Positions 177,941 to 192,022 of a stretch of DNA of 248,000 nucleotides are shown piece after piece. Each line of letters opens with the position of its first letter. Position 1 is the first letter of the stretch. Origin of the DNA: Wallemia ichthyophaga EXF-994 (lineage: Eukaryota > Fungi > Basidiomycota); contig NW_008806281.1 of NCBI RefSeq assembly GCF_000400465.1, positions 20,001-268,000 on the forward strand, written 5' to 3'. Both the position numbers and the translations under genes were made by a program. The notes below the pieces were generated by a model. It saw nothing but the letters and a program-made list of their open reading frames with translations. It did not search any database and was not told where the DNA came from.

Positions 177941-178013
177941 GCCTTGCTAGCTCAATCGGTAGAGCGTGTGACTCTTAATCACAAGGCTGCGGGTTCGAGC
178001 CCCGCGTGGGGCT
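177941..178013 (+). tRNA. tRNA-Lys(CTT)
   Basis: Identical to the other copies. Confidence 0.97.
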
Positions 178014-178408
178014 AATATTTTTGCATCGCTGTTTTTTTTCCAGAATTTAGCATGGTGAACCATTTTGTGCAGGGATATGAGAATAGGAGGATTTTTTTTT
178101 TTGCATCGACGTAGTCGCAGAAGCATTGCAATAGAAAAGGATTAATTGATGGAATGTAAGATATCTTATTTCCAAAATTCTCGCTAATGTATTTTTGGTA
178201 ACTGGTCTGCCGTGAACGTTTGTTTGGATAGGTGATAGTAGAGAGCTTTCAGTGTATCTTGCAGGTGGAGGATAGATCTTACGTTGTGGAAAAGAAATCA
178301 TCTAAAGCTTAACACTCACATGTAAAAATCTCAACAGAACCACACACACACACTTCTATAAATACAATAAAGTATGAATGAGTACAAAACCAATCACTTA
178401 AGTTAAAC

Positions 178409-179726
178409 TTAAGCGAGACGGCCAGAGGTAGAACCGTAGAAGGCAGCCTTTTCAGCTGAAGTTTGGAATTTACCGTGACCAATCTTGGATGATGTATCGA
178501 TGAACTTGAGGTTGACCTTTTCGAGGTGTGCTCTTGAGGTGTGCACTTGGTGGGACTTTCTCAAAGTGATAGCTCTCTTCTTTGGACCAACGATACAACC
178601 CTTGAGCATGATGAAGTCGTTTTGAACAACACCGTAGTGAGGGAAACCACCCATTGGAGTGATTTGCTTGTCAGTTGGGTCAAAGTCGGTAGAAGCGTTC
178701 TTGTTGTCTTCACCGTTTGCGATTCTGTACACCTTCTTGTTGAGTTCGGTACGGTGGTGGAAACCATCCTGACCAGAACGCGCAACAGTGAACATGACGT
178801 TGGATGGGTGCCAAGCACCAATACAAGCAACCTTTCTAAGACCCTTGTGAGTCTTTCTTGGGAGACGAGTGACGTTCCATCTCTTGGTGACACCCTCGTA
178901 ACCTCTACCCTTGGTGATACCGATGGCATCGATGACCTCGTCTTGTTCGAAGACAGATGAGGCGTTGAAGGTCTTCTCGAAGTGAGACTTGGCGAAGTCA
179001 ACCTTGTCAGCGACTGAGCCACCGTTCACTTGAATCTCCATGAGGTGGGCCTTCTTTTGCTGGAGAGAAGTCTTTGAGACTTGGGTGTGAGCCAAGACAC
179101 GAACGACTTGACAGTACTTCTTGATACGCTCGATTTCACGAGAGATGGAAGCACCAGAGTTCTCAGAGTGCTTCTTAGCGTACTTGGTGAAAGCCTTCTT
179201 CTTTGAGCGGTACCAGTTCTTGTAGAAGCGACGCTTGAGTTCGTCACTAAGGTGCTCAGCCCAAACGGTGGTGAGTGAGCGGAGACCTCTTGGAGTCTCG
179301 ACGTAACCGACAACACCGACGACAGCCATTGGAGGAGTTTCGACGATGGTGACTGGCTCAACGACTTCACGCTTGTGCATCTTTGAGCCTAAGAGGGTGT
179401 AAGAGGAGGATGAAAAATTTCTAAAAACACGAACCTGGTCTGTCGAGGTCTCTGACGACGTGGGTCATACCAGCCTTGTAACCCATCAAACCAGTGAGGT
179501 GGACTGGCTTCTTAGCGTCATCCTTAGGGAAAGACTTGCACTTTCCTCTAGCACTGGGTGGGTGTTAGGCTGTGAAGCGGGAAGACAGCCAAATAACTTA
179601 CCCGACGTTAGTGCAGCGCTTCTTTGGCAAGAATCCTAAAGAACCGTGTCTTGGGGCCTAAATTTGATTAGAGTTCGTCTTGGTTGGTGTACGTGTGGCT
179701 ACTCACTTCGTACTTTCTGTGAGACA
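178409..179726 (-). CDS. RPL3: 60S ribosomal protein uL3
   Basis: MSHRKYE; [11 protein letters not shown]. Confidence 0.98.
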
Positions 179727-180343
179727 TCTGAGAAGACGTTAGAATGATGCAAATGAGAGGGAATAAGTCCCAATATGAGAAGGAGTGTACTGCATAATAT
179801 CCACCAGCATTTCAACCTTCCTTACGCTCACGCTTTAAACTAAGCTAAATCTGATTCCGCAGATAAAACGCAGCAACTCTTATTCAAATACTGGGACTTG
179901 TCTAAACCTACCCTCAAGTGGCCGTTGTTCGAGCTAAAGAGCAATTTCTGATTGATTCTCGAGCGATGCGTCAAATTTACATTTTCAATCAAAAATCCAA
180001 AATTCTGAATAATGGGTTAAATTAAATTTAAAATCCATTATTCTCATCTGAAATACTATTCTTTCTAAATTACTGATTATTTACACTTTCAACTGACGTG
180101 AAGATTTTCAATCGATAATGCAAAGAGATAAATGGGTTGGATGTATTCAAATGAGCTATATGTACTATAATATATATAAATTACTATCGAATTGCACCGA
180201 ATTGAGTTAATTGATCGTATGTCATAGGGACTCAAACTGCTGAGCGATTACGCTCTATACCTCTGTACAATATTGGTAATACACATCAGCCGAAGCCTTG
180301 AGCCTTCCGTCACCATCTCTTACCTCAACAACCAACAGCCAAT

Positions 180344-182077
180344 GAACGATCCGCTTACATCCAAATTCAATTACGAGGAAGACTTTAAATACGATAACAG
180401 CAACGACGACTCGGAGGAATTCGTTTATGAAAATGCAGATGCAGATAATCTCGTTGAGCCCACCAGAGAAGTCAGCGAGCAACTCGAGAACACATTGCAG
180501 CTCAATACAGGCAAGGAGAAAGACAAAGAAAACTCGCAAGATGTCAGTGATGAGTATTTATCACGTCTATTCAAAGCAGCTTCCTCCGGCGATCTAGATA
180601 CTCTCGAATTTCTCCAACCCTCATTCGCGCATTCAAATGAGACTAATAAAAGAAGCGGAATCACTCCTCTTCATGCTGCTTCTAGTAATGGACACTTGGA
180701 TGTCGTCAAGTACCTCATTCAAGACGCTGGTGCGATGCTCGAGTTGGAAGACAGGGAAGGTGAAACCGCGCTGTTGAGAGCCTCTCACAAACCAGCCAAC
180801 CTTCCGACTGTCGCTTATCTTCTTGGTGCTGGCGCCAATGTCGCACACGTTGACAGCGACGGTTGGAATGCCCTACATAACGCCTCTGCTAATGGATCTG
180901 AAGATGCCGTCAGAATTATACTTAACAACGCTGACAAGGATATCATTGATAGCGTCGGCGGTATGCAAGGTGGTCCTGGATATACTCCTCTAATGAATGC
181001 AGCAAGCAGAGGTCATCTCCACGTTGTCATTTTCCTTCTCACTGAGGCGAGCGCACCTGCAGATCCTTTCATTCGCAACAAATCTGGTGCTACTGCCTAC
181101 TCACTAGCAGCTGAGAGCTTGAATTTTGATATCTGCGAGGTGAGTGTGTTTCAATACCCTACACAATACCAACATTGTCCCAGTTCATTCTCGAGTCTGA
181201 GAAGGGGCTCGTAAAGGATCCTGCTTCTTATAACCCTCTCAAATACCATCAGTCAGCACCTATCGCCATCCTCGAAAACCAGCGCTTGGATTGTCGTATG
181301 TCAACGCTGGCGAAAACAGGCGGTATTCCGCGTTGGTCCAACTCGGGCTTAGGACAGGGCGGTAGAAGACCTAAGTGGGAGCTACTAGATGGTCGTCCAA
181401 TAGATGCTACAGATCCTTTCAACGATGTACAGATACCTTCAATCGGCAAACCGTTCACACTCAACCTGACAACGGTATCAGGAAAGCCATCAAGCAATCG
181501 TGGCGCGTATCACTGGACTACTGATGACTGGCTAGTATGGAGATCAGCCGGTAAAGAAGATGGCGAGGGATGGATGTATGCACACGACTTTAGTGCTAAT
181601 GGCCTTCAATGGAAGGGGAACAAAAACAAGGAAATCGAGAATCTCGAAAAGGGTACCGGATTAAGCTCTATCAAGGCTACACAGATGTTTGGTGGTAGAT
181701 CCGGTAAGAGTGGTAGCAAGACAACATCCTCAGACAATGTAGACAAGAACTACTGGGTGAGGAGGCGAAGATGGGTGCGAGTGCTTCAAAGAGATCCAAG
181801 TAGGCTTTCATATATTTTTACAATACTTTCTAACCAGCATACAGCCTTGACACTTGCATACACAACCCCGGAACTCAAAACACCAAAGGCAAGACCAAGT
181901 GGAATGGCCGATGTAGCATTGAAGGATATACCACCAGCACACAGCAACACAAACGACAGTAAAAGCAAACTTAGTGCTAAAAGCACTCCGTTCAATCCAG
182001 CCAATGCAATGAGTATGTCTACACCCTCACTGCCAGCAGCGACGACCAACTTCAGCGCACGATTCCCCAAGGCATGA
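180344..182077 (+). CDS. Ankyrin-repeat protein with C-terminal dysferlin-like motifs
   Basis: TPLH, TALL, TPLM repeats; EGWMYA..WVRRRRWVR. Confidence 0.75.
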
Positions 182078-182206
182078 TAGCAAGGCTTGAAAGCGAATGA
182101 GAGTAAACCGTAGGCATTGAATTGTAAATACCTAGAATGATTAAATAGCACTCGTTATCTACGCACTTCCATCATCTCGTCATAGAATGCTGCAAAATCA
182201 ACAGCG

Positions 182207-184669
182207 CAAACGGCCGCACTACAATGAGGAGGATATAAAAGCGCAGTTGTCGCAGGTACATTTGATAGAATTCGATAGCTCGAATGTGCAGGACGAGTCG
182301 CTCGAGCAACTTGGTCCAATACTAAAGAATATCAACGAATCGCAGCAGGAGAGAGACTATGTGAAGGCATTAGATGCTTTCATAGCAGAGAAGGACAAGG
182401 AGATTGAGGAGCAGTGCAAATACAATTATCAGGTGAGTTGTACAGCAGCGGCACTGAGAAGCACGGCTGATCAAATGTTTGAAGGACTTTGTAGGATCAG
182501 TGAAGACGCTTCTTGGAGTGCGCAAGAGCACAATGCAGCTTAAGCAGAAGATCGTCCAGGTAAATGATGACATGCAGTCTGCAGGAAGATCTCTAGTCAT
182601 GAAGGTGTGTATTACAACACATACATCATAATGCACATCTAATATTCCTTACAGAAGAAGGAATTACTTGAAATAAACAGAACAAACGGTAATATCGACC
182701 AAGCTACAGAAATGATGCGCGCATTTCAGCATGTACTCGAAATGATGAAAAGAGTTGATGAGCTGATAGAGAGTAGGAAATACTACGCAGCTTTACGCTC
182801 TCTTGACGATCTCGCTATTCACCATCTTCCACCATTAGCGAATTACACACTCGGTGCTCACCTATTAGATGGTATTCCAGCAATGCGTCGTACAGTCTGC
182901 GATAGTGCATCATTCGAGTTGAAAGACTGGCTGCTCGGTATCAGGAACATTCAGCGCATAGTCGGTGCTTTAGCTCTATCCAACACGAATGAAAGACAGC
183001 AGCGATGGCGCAGCAAAAAGCAATCAGATCCCCTATTAGTCAACAGCGGTATTAACTCCCCATTAGAACTGGTCATGAATCAAGATAATTTCGATCCACT
183101 AAATAACAACGACGTTAGTATCGACTTCAAGCCGCTACTGCACTGTATACACATCTACGACGCACTGGCAGCTAGACAAGACTTAAGGAAAGCGTATCAG
183201 GAGGACAGAAAGTCGCAAGCTGATTTGATTTTGTCAACAAGAAGTGATCACGATTTCTCGCATTCGTTGCAGCATCTCCTACAGGACGTTGTCGGATTCT
183301 TTATCGTCGAGAGGTATGTACTCAGTCTGACTAGTGGCTTCAGGAGCGAGAGTAATGTCGATGATCTGTGGGATCTCATATGCTCTGGTATATCTAGCGT
183401 AGTTAGGGATGGTCTGCGCACATCACAGTCGCATGTGACAGTCAAAGAAAATGTAATGACGTTTATTTGGACGCTCGAAAGCTACGATTTTGACGTACAG
183501 CAATTGAACACGCTACTTCACGCATTGTTCGAAGAATATACCACATTACTTCATGATAACTACTCAAAAGAGCTAAGGAGCGTATTTGAAGGCAGTGATC
183601 AGCAAGCTCTTGTGGTCCAGTCTTCTGAGGATCTCGAAAGTATACTTAGTATTTGCTGGGTTGACAACTCTTCAGTCTCAGCCGTATATTCTCAGAAACC
183701 ACCTATTCATTTACCCTTTTCAAGCATATACCCAGATTCATGCAGATTATTGCGACAATTTATCGAAGATTTTTACAAATACACGGATGGATACGCTCAA
183801 GTGGATACTAACAGTCTAATCGTGGATGGCTTAGACAGTGTGATGAGAGATGGAGTAGTCAAAGCGCTAAGCGTGATTGCCGAGGGTGTCTTTAATCTCT
183901 CACAAGCGGTCCAGTTGGCTGTAGATGTCAGTTATTTCGAGTTTGCAGCTGGAGAGCTAATCAAGTGGTTGAGTGCTCTGTTTGGAGGTGTACACGACAC
184001 ATCCCGTTCGTCTCACCAGCTGAATTGTATCAAAGACGTTAAGAAGCTGTCAAAGCAAACTTTGACGCGTATAAGTGCTCTTATTGGCGACAAACTCGAC
184101 TCATTATTCGAGATGGCAGAGGTTGAATGGACCCCAGACTCTTCTACGGCACTCAAGAGTGACGTAAATCCGAGCGAGTATTTAAGGGAAATGACAGATT
184201 ACCTCTCTTTTATCAGCTCATCGGTGCTGACTAATTTGCCTACTAGTCTGCGCGACCAGGCTTATGCGAATGCTGTGCAACATATTGCTGAAGGTATACT
184301 TGATTTGTTGGTCGGTAGCGAAGTGCAAGTGATTAATGAAAAGGGACTAGATAACGTCAGAATCGACGTCAATTTCCTCATGACACAGTGTATTAGCGAC
184401 CAAAAACCACCAACGCTTACTGAACTGGATCAGATACTGAATTTGGTAAAGCTGAATCACATACAGGCATTCTTTGATAGTTCGACGTGAGTGCTAGATT
184501 GACAATGTTCAATTTATCTAACCAACACTTAAGATTCAGGAGAACTAAATATGGTAATGTGACGCCCAAGGTGAGTTACGACTTATCTAGACTCTTTAAA
184601 CTTAGCAGAGAACAGAACTTATTGGCGGTGTTGGACAAGCTGAGCAAAAGTCATTTAACTAGATTGTGA
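182207..184669 (+). CDS. SEC15: Exocyst subunit
   Basis: LEQLGPILK; DFKPLLHCIHIY. Confidence 0.9.
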
Positions 184670-184739
184670 ATTTGTCTATATTTTTGTAATTTCGTCACTG
184701 TCTGTCTAATCGACTATTGTTATCATCATCACCATCATC

Positions 184740-185555
184740 ATGGACGGAGATCAAAATCAGCGGAAAATATCAGTTTTCAAACCATACGAGAAGACGAGTT
184801 GTATGTGGATGCTGAAATTCGCGACTTGTATTTACACGATATAGCCACGCAGGAATACCCAGAATCGTACTTTGAGCCTACGTCGAGCGAGCTTGCAAAA
184901 GCACACACAGCGACATCGAAGCGATTAGAGAGTGAATATGAGGGCCCATTAAAGACGCGAGTGATGAGGGAGAGAGAGGAGAAGCAGCGCAAGGCTAGAT
185001 GGCCGACAGTAAGTGAAGTGTTATGACGTACGTTTGTACGACACTGACACTGCCAACTCCCCATACAGACGAATATACGCGTGAAGTTTGCAGATAGAAG
185101 TATCATACAGTCAGCATTCAGCAGTACTGAGGTTATAGCGCGGGTTTATGACTTTGTGAAAGATACGCTGGACGATAAGTACACAAACGAGGAATTTGTT
185201 CTGTGTGAGTGTTGGTGGTGCATGGAGTGTATTGTACACACAAAGCTCACAATACACAGACCAAAGTCCACCGAGGATTGAATTCAAACCAAACGAAAGC
185301 AAACGCCTTATTGACTTGGGGCTAGCCCCGTCATCGGTGCTCATGATAAAGTTCAAGACAGACAGCCTCAATGCTTCGACATCGAAAGCTCCTCTGAAAG
185401 GTAGTCTCACTGCGAGTGCTCACTCGCTGCCTACGCCTCCGAGCTTCGAGTCGGAACAGAGGACGGAGAAGAACACAGTAGAGAAGCCAGTTCCGAGTGG
185501 AGAGAAGAAGGAGAAAAAGATACCAAAGTGGCTGCTGAAAGGACTAAAAAAGTAG
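184740..185555 (+). CDS. UBX-domain protein (TUG/Ubx4-like)
   Basis: FEPTSSEL..PLKTR; LGLAPSSV; KIPKWL. Confidence 0.75.
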
Positions 185556-185813
185556 ATTATGTACGAAGTTATGTCATTGGTTAGATAGCGCTATAGTTGA
185601 GAATCGCGTGTGATCAGGGGTATATCTTGTGCGACAATTACCTATACTATACCTCATTTATTTGTCTTCAAAGTTCCTTGGCTCGCGTTCGCGCCGCTGC
185701 TAAAAGCGCGAAATGAGATATGAATATGCACTAAAATAACCCAAAAACCGGCAGATCCGACTTGAACACTAACCAACAACTCAAATCTATCCAACTTTAC
185801 TCAACTTAACCAA

Positions 185814-186945
185814 ATGGTTGGAAAACTTTCCCTACTCTCTCTTGCAGCAGTGGCTGGTGTAGCATCGGCGCAATCGATCGACTATCCCGGAGTGGTCTCG
185901 TCGAATGAAAACGGACCTACAAACCCAGACGAACCGGAACTGGGCACTGACACGCCGGACGACTCGACAGCGCGACTGCTCACAGTGAACAACATTGATG
186001 TGAGTAATGATAAATGAGGCACGCGCGCCCGCACTTACACCCAAATCAGGATTTCTGTATATTCGGACCAAAGGAAGCCGACAAAACGATTGGCGACACG
186101 GAATCTGAGCAGGTAGCTTGGTGCACGCAACCGCGCAACAACGCGCGCCTGATTCCCGAAGATACTTTCACGGGTGCGTAGGATTATAAGTGCAGGAGTG
186201 CGCGCATCGAGACAGTCGCTCACAACACCGCACAGGCCTGCACTTCGTCAAGACACCCTACTACATCCAGCTGCAAGGGTGGGGAGATCTGACCAAGATC
186301 GGGGTGAAGGACGGCGACTACGGCGGCGAGCTCGACCCACACGGTGCCGAAGGAAATGGGAACCCTGTCGGTGGGAATGTCACATCTAACATAACTGGTG
186401 ATGCGGTATTCTACGAGGAGTGGATGGAATTCATTTCGTATGAGCAATTCTGTCTGCGTGTATGTACGGCAGCGGACGATATGTGGGATGCGTCAACTAT
186501 GTGCGAGCACAAGCTGGACGAGATGGGCTGTGGGTTCATCATGCCTGGTGATTATGCGGGCAAGCAGGATGAATTTATTTCGTGCGATGCAGACGCAGCT
186601 TTCCCCCCAGGTGTTTATCCAGATGGAGACGGCTACAGCACTTTCAACCAGCGCTACACGGGTACTATCACCTCTAACACTTATGAGGTATACACCGTAG
186701 GCGATACAGCTACCCCGTCGGCACCGTACAGCACACCTTCTAGCTCCAACTGTGCCACCCAGTCCAGTCTGCATATGTACGTGCACACAGAGAGCGAAAG
186801 CGACGGCCCGCAATCAACCTCCGACGACAGCGGCAACAGTAGCACACAGGCAGAGAACGGTGATAGCGGTGCACGTAACATGGCTCTCGGCGCCATCGCT
186901 ACTGTCTCCATTGGGCTCATTAGTGCATTCGCTGTCTTGTCTTAA
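185814..186945 (+). CDS. Secreted/GPI-anchored MP88-like mannoprotein
   Basis: Signal peptide; GGELDPHGAEGNGNPVGG; hydrophobic C-terminus. Confidence 0.8.
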
Positions 186946-187111
186946 TTACACTCTTTAATGTATTTATTGTATAATTGTATGGTGAAAATGAATGAATAGT
187001 ACAAGTGTGTTGATTTTTAAACATGCTAATTTGATATCCTGAACAATGCAAACTACAACTACACTTCTGCATCTACAGCAGTCTCCTCAGGAACCGATTT
187101 TGACTGCACTA

Positions 187112-189870
187112 CTAGTACCTGCGGACAGCCCATTTCGTTCCTCTTGTTTGAACAGCCGAGGTCGAGTGAAACAGATTGTGCGACGGAGCCTGTGTAGTGT
187201 ATGAGATAATAGCATCAAGTAAAGAGCTCAACCCACCTAAAACCCTACCAATATCACTAATCTCGCCTCTTTCCTCTGTGCTTATATCATATGCGTTCCC
187301 CCTCAGCAGTTCCTCCGCCTGGGACCGAAAGAGCGATGTGCGCTGCTGGTCGAGTTTCGCGCGCCCGACGACGACCATATCCTCTGAATGAGGATCAGGC
187401 AGTGCCGAGTGAAGCGAGTCTAGTAGGGTAGTGAGGATGCTTTCCGCGTCGACCTTTATATCGATACGGTGAGGAGTGCCATCGGGAGGAGTGTCGGGCA
187501 CATCATTCTGAGCAGAAGCGGTTGCGCCTTCACCACCACCCTCGTCATCACCAAGCCCGCCCGCACCCACATCGTGCGACGCGCGTCTGTGGAACATATG
187601 ACTCAGACCTCTGCTCTCCTGTATACCAGGTGCGACCATAGTGATCTGACCATGAAGCGTGTTATCGTCGTGTTTTTGTGGCAGCCCCATTCCCGGAGAA
187701 ACCATTTGAGTGAGCTCAGCCTCCTGTGCCAATTTGCTCTCGTGCGTTTCCGATTGAATGGTCAAGTTGAGTATGACGACATCGACAGATTGGATCCGTC
187801 GCACTATCTCTCGCGCACAATCATCATCTTTGCCACCGAAAAAGATGAGAAGGACTTTAGGACGTCTGGGAGATTTCTTCGCATGGCTGCTAGCATGTCG
187901 CAGTATATCGAGGGGTTGCACTATCACGCCCATCTCCGCTATGTATTGTGACTCTTTCAGTAACGCACCAGCGAAAGAGCGCGGCTTGTTGATGTCATTC
188001 GCAATTGTCGTCGCTGCAGTTCCGAAAGCCCCGCTGGATGGTATCCACGGCGTTATGACTATGCCTGAGGTGGAGATGGATTGCATGTACTCGAGCGTCA
188101 CGCGCACATGATCGACACGCTCAACTAGTAAAGATGTGGACTTGTGGTGAGTGTTGACTAAGCCGGATAGCTTCTCGAATGAGGTTAGCGCATTAACTAG
188201 TTCCAGACCCTCACTGTTTATGTTCATGTGCGAGTGTCCAAGGTACTCGGCTGCAGTGGCACGTGCTATGTATGCACGTGAAGTTATGTCGATTGCATGC
188301 AAATGAAGATTGACTACGTTGAAGCCGGGCGTCGATGACGACAGGAGCGAAAGAAACTTGAGGGTAGGGGTTAAAGGAGGAGCCATGGTATTAAAGACAA
188401 TAAGAACGCTCTTGGAGGCTGACGGAGATTCCTCTTGAGTAATACCCCCCTCATTCTTTTCAATGTCCTTCTCGTCGACGGGGTGTGCGTGGAGATCGAT
188501 TCTGTTGAGATAGACCCAGTCTGCGAGCGGACGTACGGTGAGAGTGGTAAGAATAAAGACCATGACAAGCTGTGCGTAGACTAGTTCGGAAATAACACCA
188601 AGCTCTAAACCGACAGAGAGAATAACGAGCTCTATAACACCCTTGGATTGCATCAAGAAAGCTACACACATGGCTTGGCGCCACGGGAGACCGACTAAAA
188701 GACAGCTAACGGCGGTGCAGCCACCCTTGCTAATAAAGGTGGCTGCAAGGAGGAGGAAGATAAGACCCCAAATCTTACCGCTATCGAGAAGGATAAAGTT
188801 GGTGTTAAGACCGCTGGATACGAAATAGAGAGGGAGAAGGAAAATCATGATCGGAGTTTCGATTCTTTCAGTCATCTTCTCTGGGAAATCATGCTCGTGG
188901 GGACAGCAAGCGCCAAAAGCGAAAGCACCGACCATAGGGTGCAAGCCTAGGATGTCAGTAAACCAAGAGCTGATAAGGGCGCCAACTATAGTAAGAGTAG
189001 CGATACCAGTAGTCAGTTTGTACTCGTTTCTGCGATAGAAGTAGCTGATAATGTGACGAGTGACAAACCACATGAAGATGACTTCGCCAATCAAGCAGAG
189101 AAGCTCCCATAGGGCGTTGATCTGATCACCGCCAGAGGACACGGCAGTGGAGATAGCGAGAAGAATGTAGCCCATGGCGTCATTGCAGACACCTGCAGCT
189201 ATAGCGATTGCACCGAGTTTAGTGGAAATGATGTTGAGTTCAACGAGAATGCGAGAGAGAATAGAGAGAGCGGTAACAGCCATTGAAGTTGCGATGAAGA
189301 GGAAAAAGCCGATAAAGTTGATGGAAGGGTCAGCGAATTCTTGGTACATGAGTACAGACACGCCAACAGATACGCCGAAAGGAACTAGGAGACCTGGGAT
189401 AGTGGTAACCATAGTTTCCTTCCACAAACGTTTCATCAAATCGATATCAGTCTCTAGGCCGACAAGAAAGAGGAAAAGGGCGAGACCGACGTTGCTGGTG
189501 AGGGCTGGAGGGGGTTATTAAGGGGAAATGAAGTATAAAGGATCCTACTAACACAACAAAGCCTTGTGTTCGTCGCTGAATATTGTCTGGGTGAAACCGG
189601 GTATTGCGCCAAAGGCCTGGGGAGAGTGAGCGACTAAGGATGGGAGATTGCAGCAAAAAGATACACACTGTTGGACCTAGTAAAATACCCGCGATAATCT
189701 CACCGACGACTGGTGGCTGCTTGATGAATTTTAACCCGAATGATAAGATTCGGCATAAGATGATGATGATGATAAGCTGGAGGAGGAAGACGGTAATGTT
189801 TTTTACAGGATTATTCTCGTCGTTAAGTGGATTTTGCTTTGCCAGGATGCCGTATAGGGACGACATGATG
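187112..189870 (-). CDS. KHA1: K+/H+ antiporter (CPA2)
   Basis: QPPVVGEIIAGILLGP; LMQSKGVIELV. Confidence 0.9.
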
Positions 189871-189973
189871 GCTGTTGGGGGACAAGGGTTGTGACAGCCA
189901 AGAGACGCAGCTTCAGGGGTATTTGACAAGTATGACAATTATTAATTAAAATCAATTTACAAGATTGAATTCA

Positions 189974-190800
189974 TCAGGTCATTGCGGATTGAGCATCCAA
190001 TTGAGCCTGCAATCTAGTCTTCCTTCTGTCGTCTTCTTCCTTGTTTTCCCTTTCAATGGCTTCTACAATCTGCTCAACCTGGGCAGATTCCAGCTGCGTG
190101 CTCTTCTCGCCCTTCTTGAGAATTGATATGTCAATGTTCTTAGCCCCAGTTTGCACGACTTGGAGGAGTGATTTGATAGTGAGCTTGATAGCGTCATCGT
190201 CGCTGAGATCATCCTTGTAGTTCTTCTCTAAGAATTCCCTGACAGTCTTTGATGATCTACCGATGCTGTTTGCTTTCCATGCAGTATAAATCCCAGAAGG
190301 CTCAGTCAGGTATAATTTTGGAGTATTTTCGTAAGGATCGAACCCAGAAAGCAAGCAGCTAATACCAAACGGTCTAACACCACCAGATTGAGTATATTTT
190401 TGTTGAATTTGAGCTATGTGGCGGGTTATATACTCCACTGTAACAGCGTCCTCTACGGTGAGTCGGTGTGACTGGCATTCGAGCCTAGCTTTATCAACCA
190501 ACACTCTAGCATCAGCTGTAAGTCCTGCAAATGCCAATGAAATGTGGTCATCCAATCCAACAACCTTCTTCAACGATCTCGCGTCTTGAAGCTGTAAAAC
190601 TGACTTCTTCTCGACAGCAAGAATAACGCAGTCTTTACCAACTAAACCAACTGCGCATGTTCCCTTTCTCACCGCCTCCAACGCGTATTCCACCTGGGAC
190701 ACATACGTAAGCCACGAATAACACAGCGCACACAACAAACCTGGAATAAGTGACCGTCTGGTGAGAATACCGTGAGTGCTCTATCATATGATCTGGACAT
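189974..190800 (-). CDS. PRE6: 20S proteasome alpha4
   Basis: YDRALTVFSPDG; SGGVRPFG. Confidence 0.94.
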
Positions 190801-190864
190801 TTTCTCTTATTTGCGTGATGGTGAAAGATAGAAGCTGGCTCAATGGGTCTGGCTCAATCGAAAC

Positions 190865-191960
190865 ATGTCAAATCAGGATATTTTAAAAAGTTTAAATTAC
190901 CTCGACAATTTAGATAATTTAGATATAAAGCTATCGAAATTAAATTTAAAATCTTCAACACACTCCCATTTACTCAGTCAGGTGAGGTGTTATCGAGATG
191001 AGCTAGGGAGGTATAAGGAGAGAGTAGATAGCAATTATGACGACATAAGTGTTATCAATGGAAGTATTCAAGCTATCAACACGCAACTCACACGAGCCAT
191101 CGAGCATAACACTCAATTTACCAGCTCAGTCCGTCAATTACTCAATTCCACACACACACTCCAATCCAAGTTGCAATCCACAGAGCAATTCCTCGAAACC
191201 TTCACTCTCCCTCCCCAAGCAGTCCTCTTGCTCAGTTCGAAAGACTACAACATGGATTACCCACTCCTCGACGCGCTAACGCGTCTGAACGACATCCGCC
191301 ACAAAGCCCAATTGCTACACACGCCCACTGGCGACCAATCCACGGCAGCTCTCGACATTCTCCACACATCCTCACCGCTATGTGAAACCGCGTATGTGAA
191401 AATTTGCAAGTATCTCAAACACCAATTCGACATGCACTATGCCAAGAGGGGCGGAGGGGAGGTCATTGTGGAAGGGCTGCACGTTGCGTGTCTGGAGCAC
191501 CTAGCCCAACGTGATGATCTCTACCATGAGGTGCTAGTACATCTGGCCAAACTCCGCAGAATGCTTCTACAATCACAATTCCTTACTGCCCTCGCAAACT
191601 TGGAAAGCAATGAGGATATCATCACCCATCCCGTTCGCTTCGCGGGCGAGTTGCTCGCGTGGCTCCACCAGCATGCGGCTGATGAGAAGGAGTTGATGAG
191701 CGACCTCCTCGCAAAGAAACCCGTCGAGGAAACTCTCTCTAGCGCTCTGTTGGATGTATCGCGGAGGATTAGGGTGGGTTTGCGCACTATACTCAACACG
191801 CTTCGCTAACTCACTCCCCGTCTCTCAGCTTCACCTAACACACGCACTCAGCTTCACTCACCGCTCGGAACAACTCACTGACCTTATTGGCTTCTATAAA
191901 GACACACTCACACAAAGCATACCTGTAGCTAGCATAACCGATCTATTTGCCTATCTTTGA
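190865..191960 (+). CDS. COG6: COG complex subunit 6 (short)
   Basis: HPVRFAGELLAWLHQ. Confidence 0.65.
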
Positions 191961-192022
191961 CATGTCCATGTGTGTGTGTGTCTATATGAATGTATAACTA
192001 ATACTTTTAAACTCAAAACACC

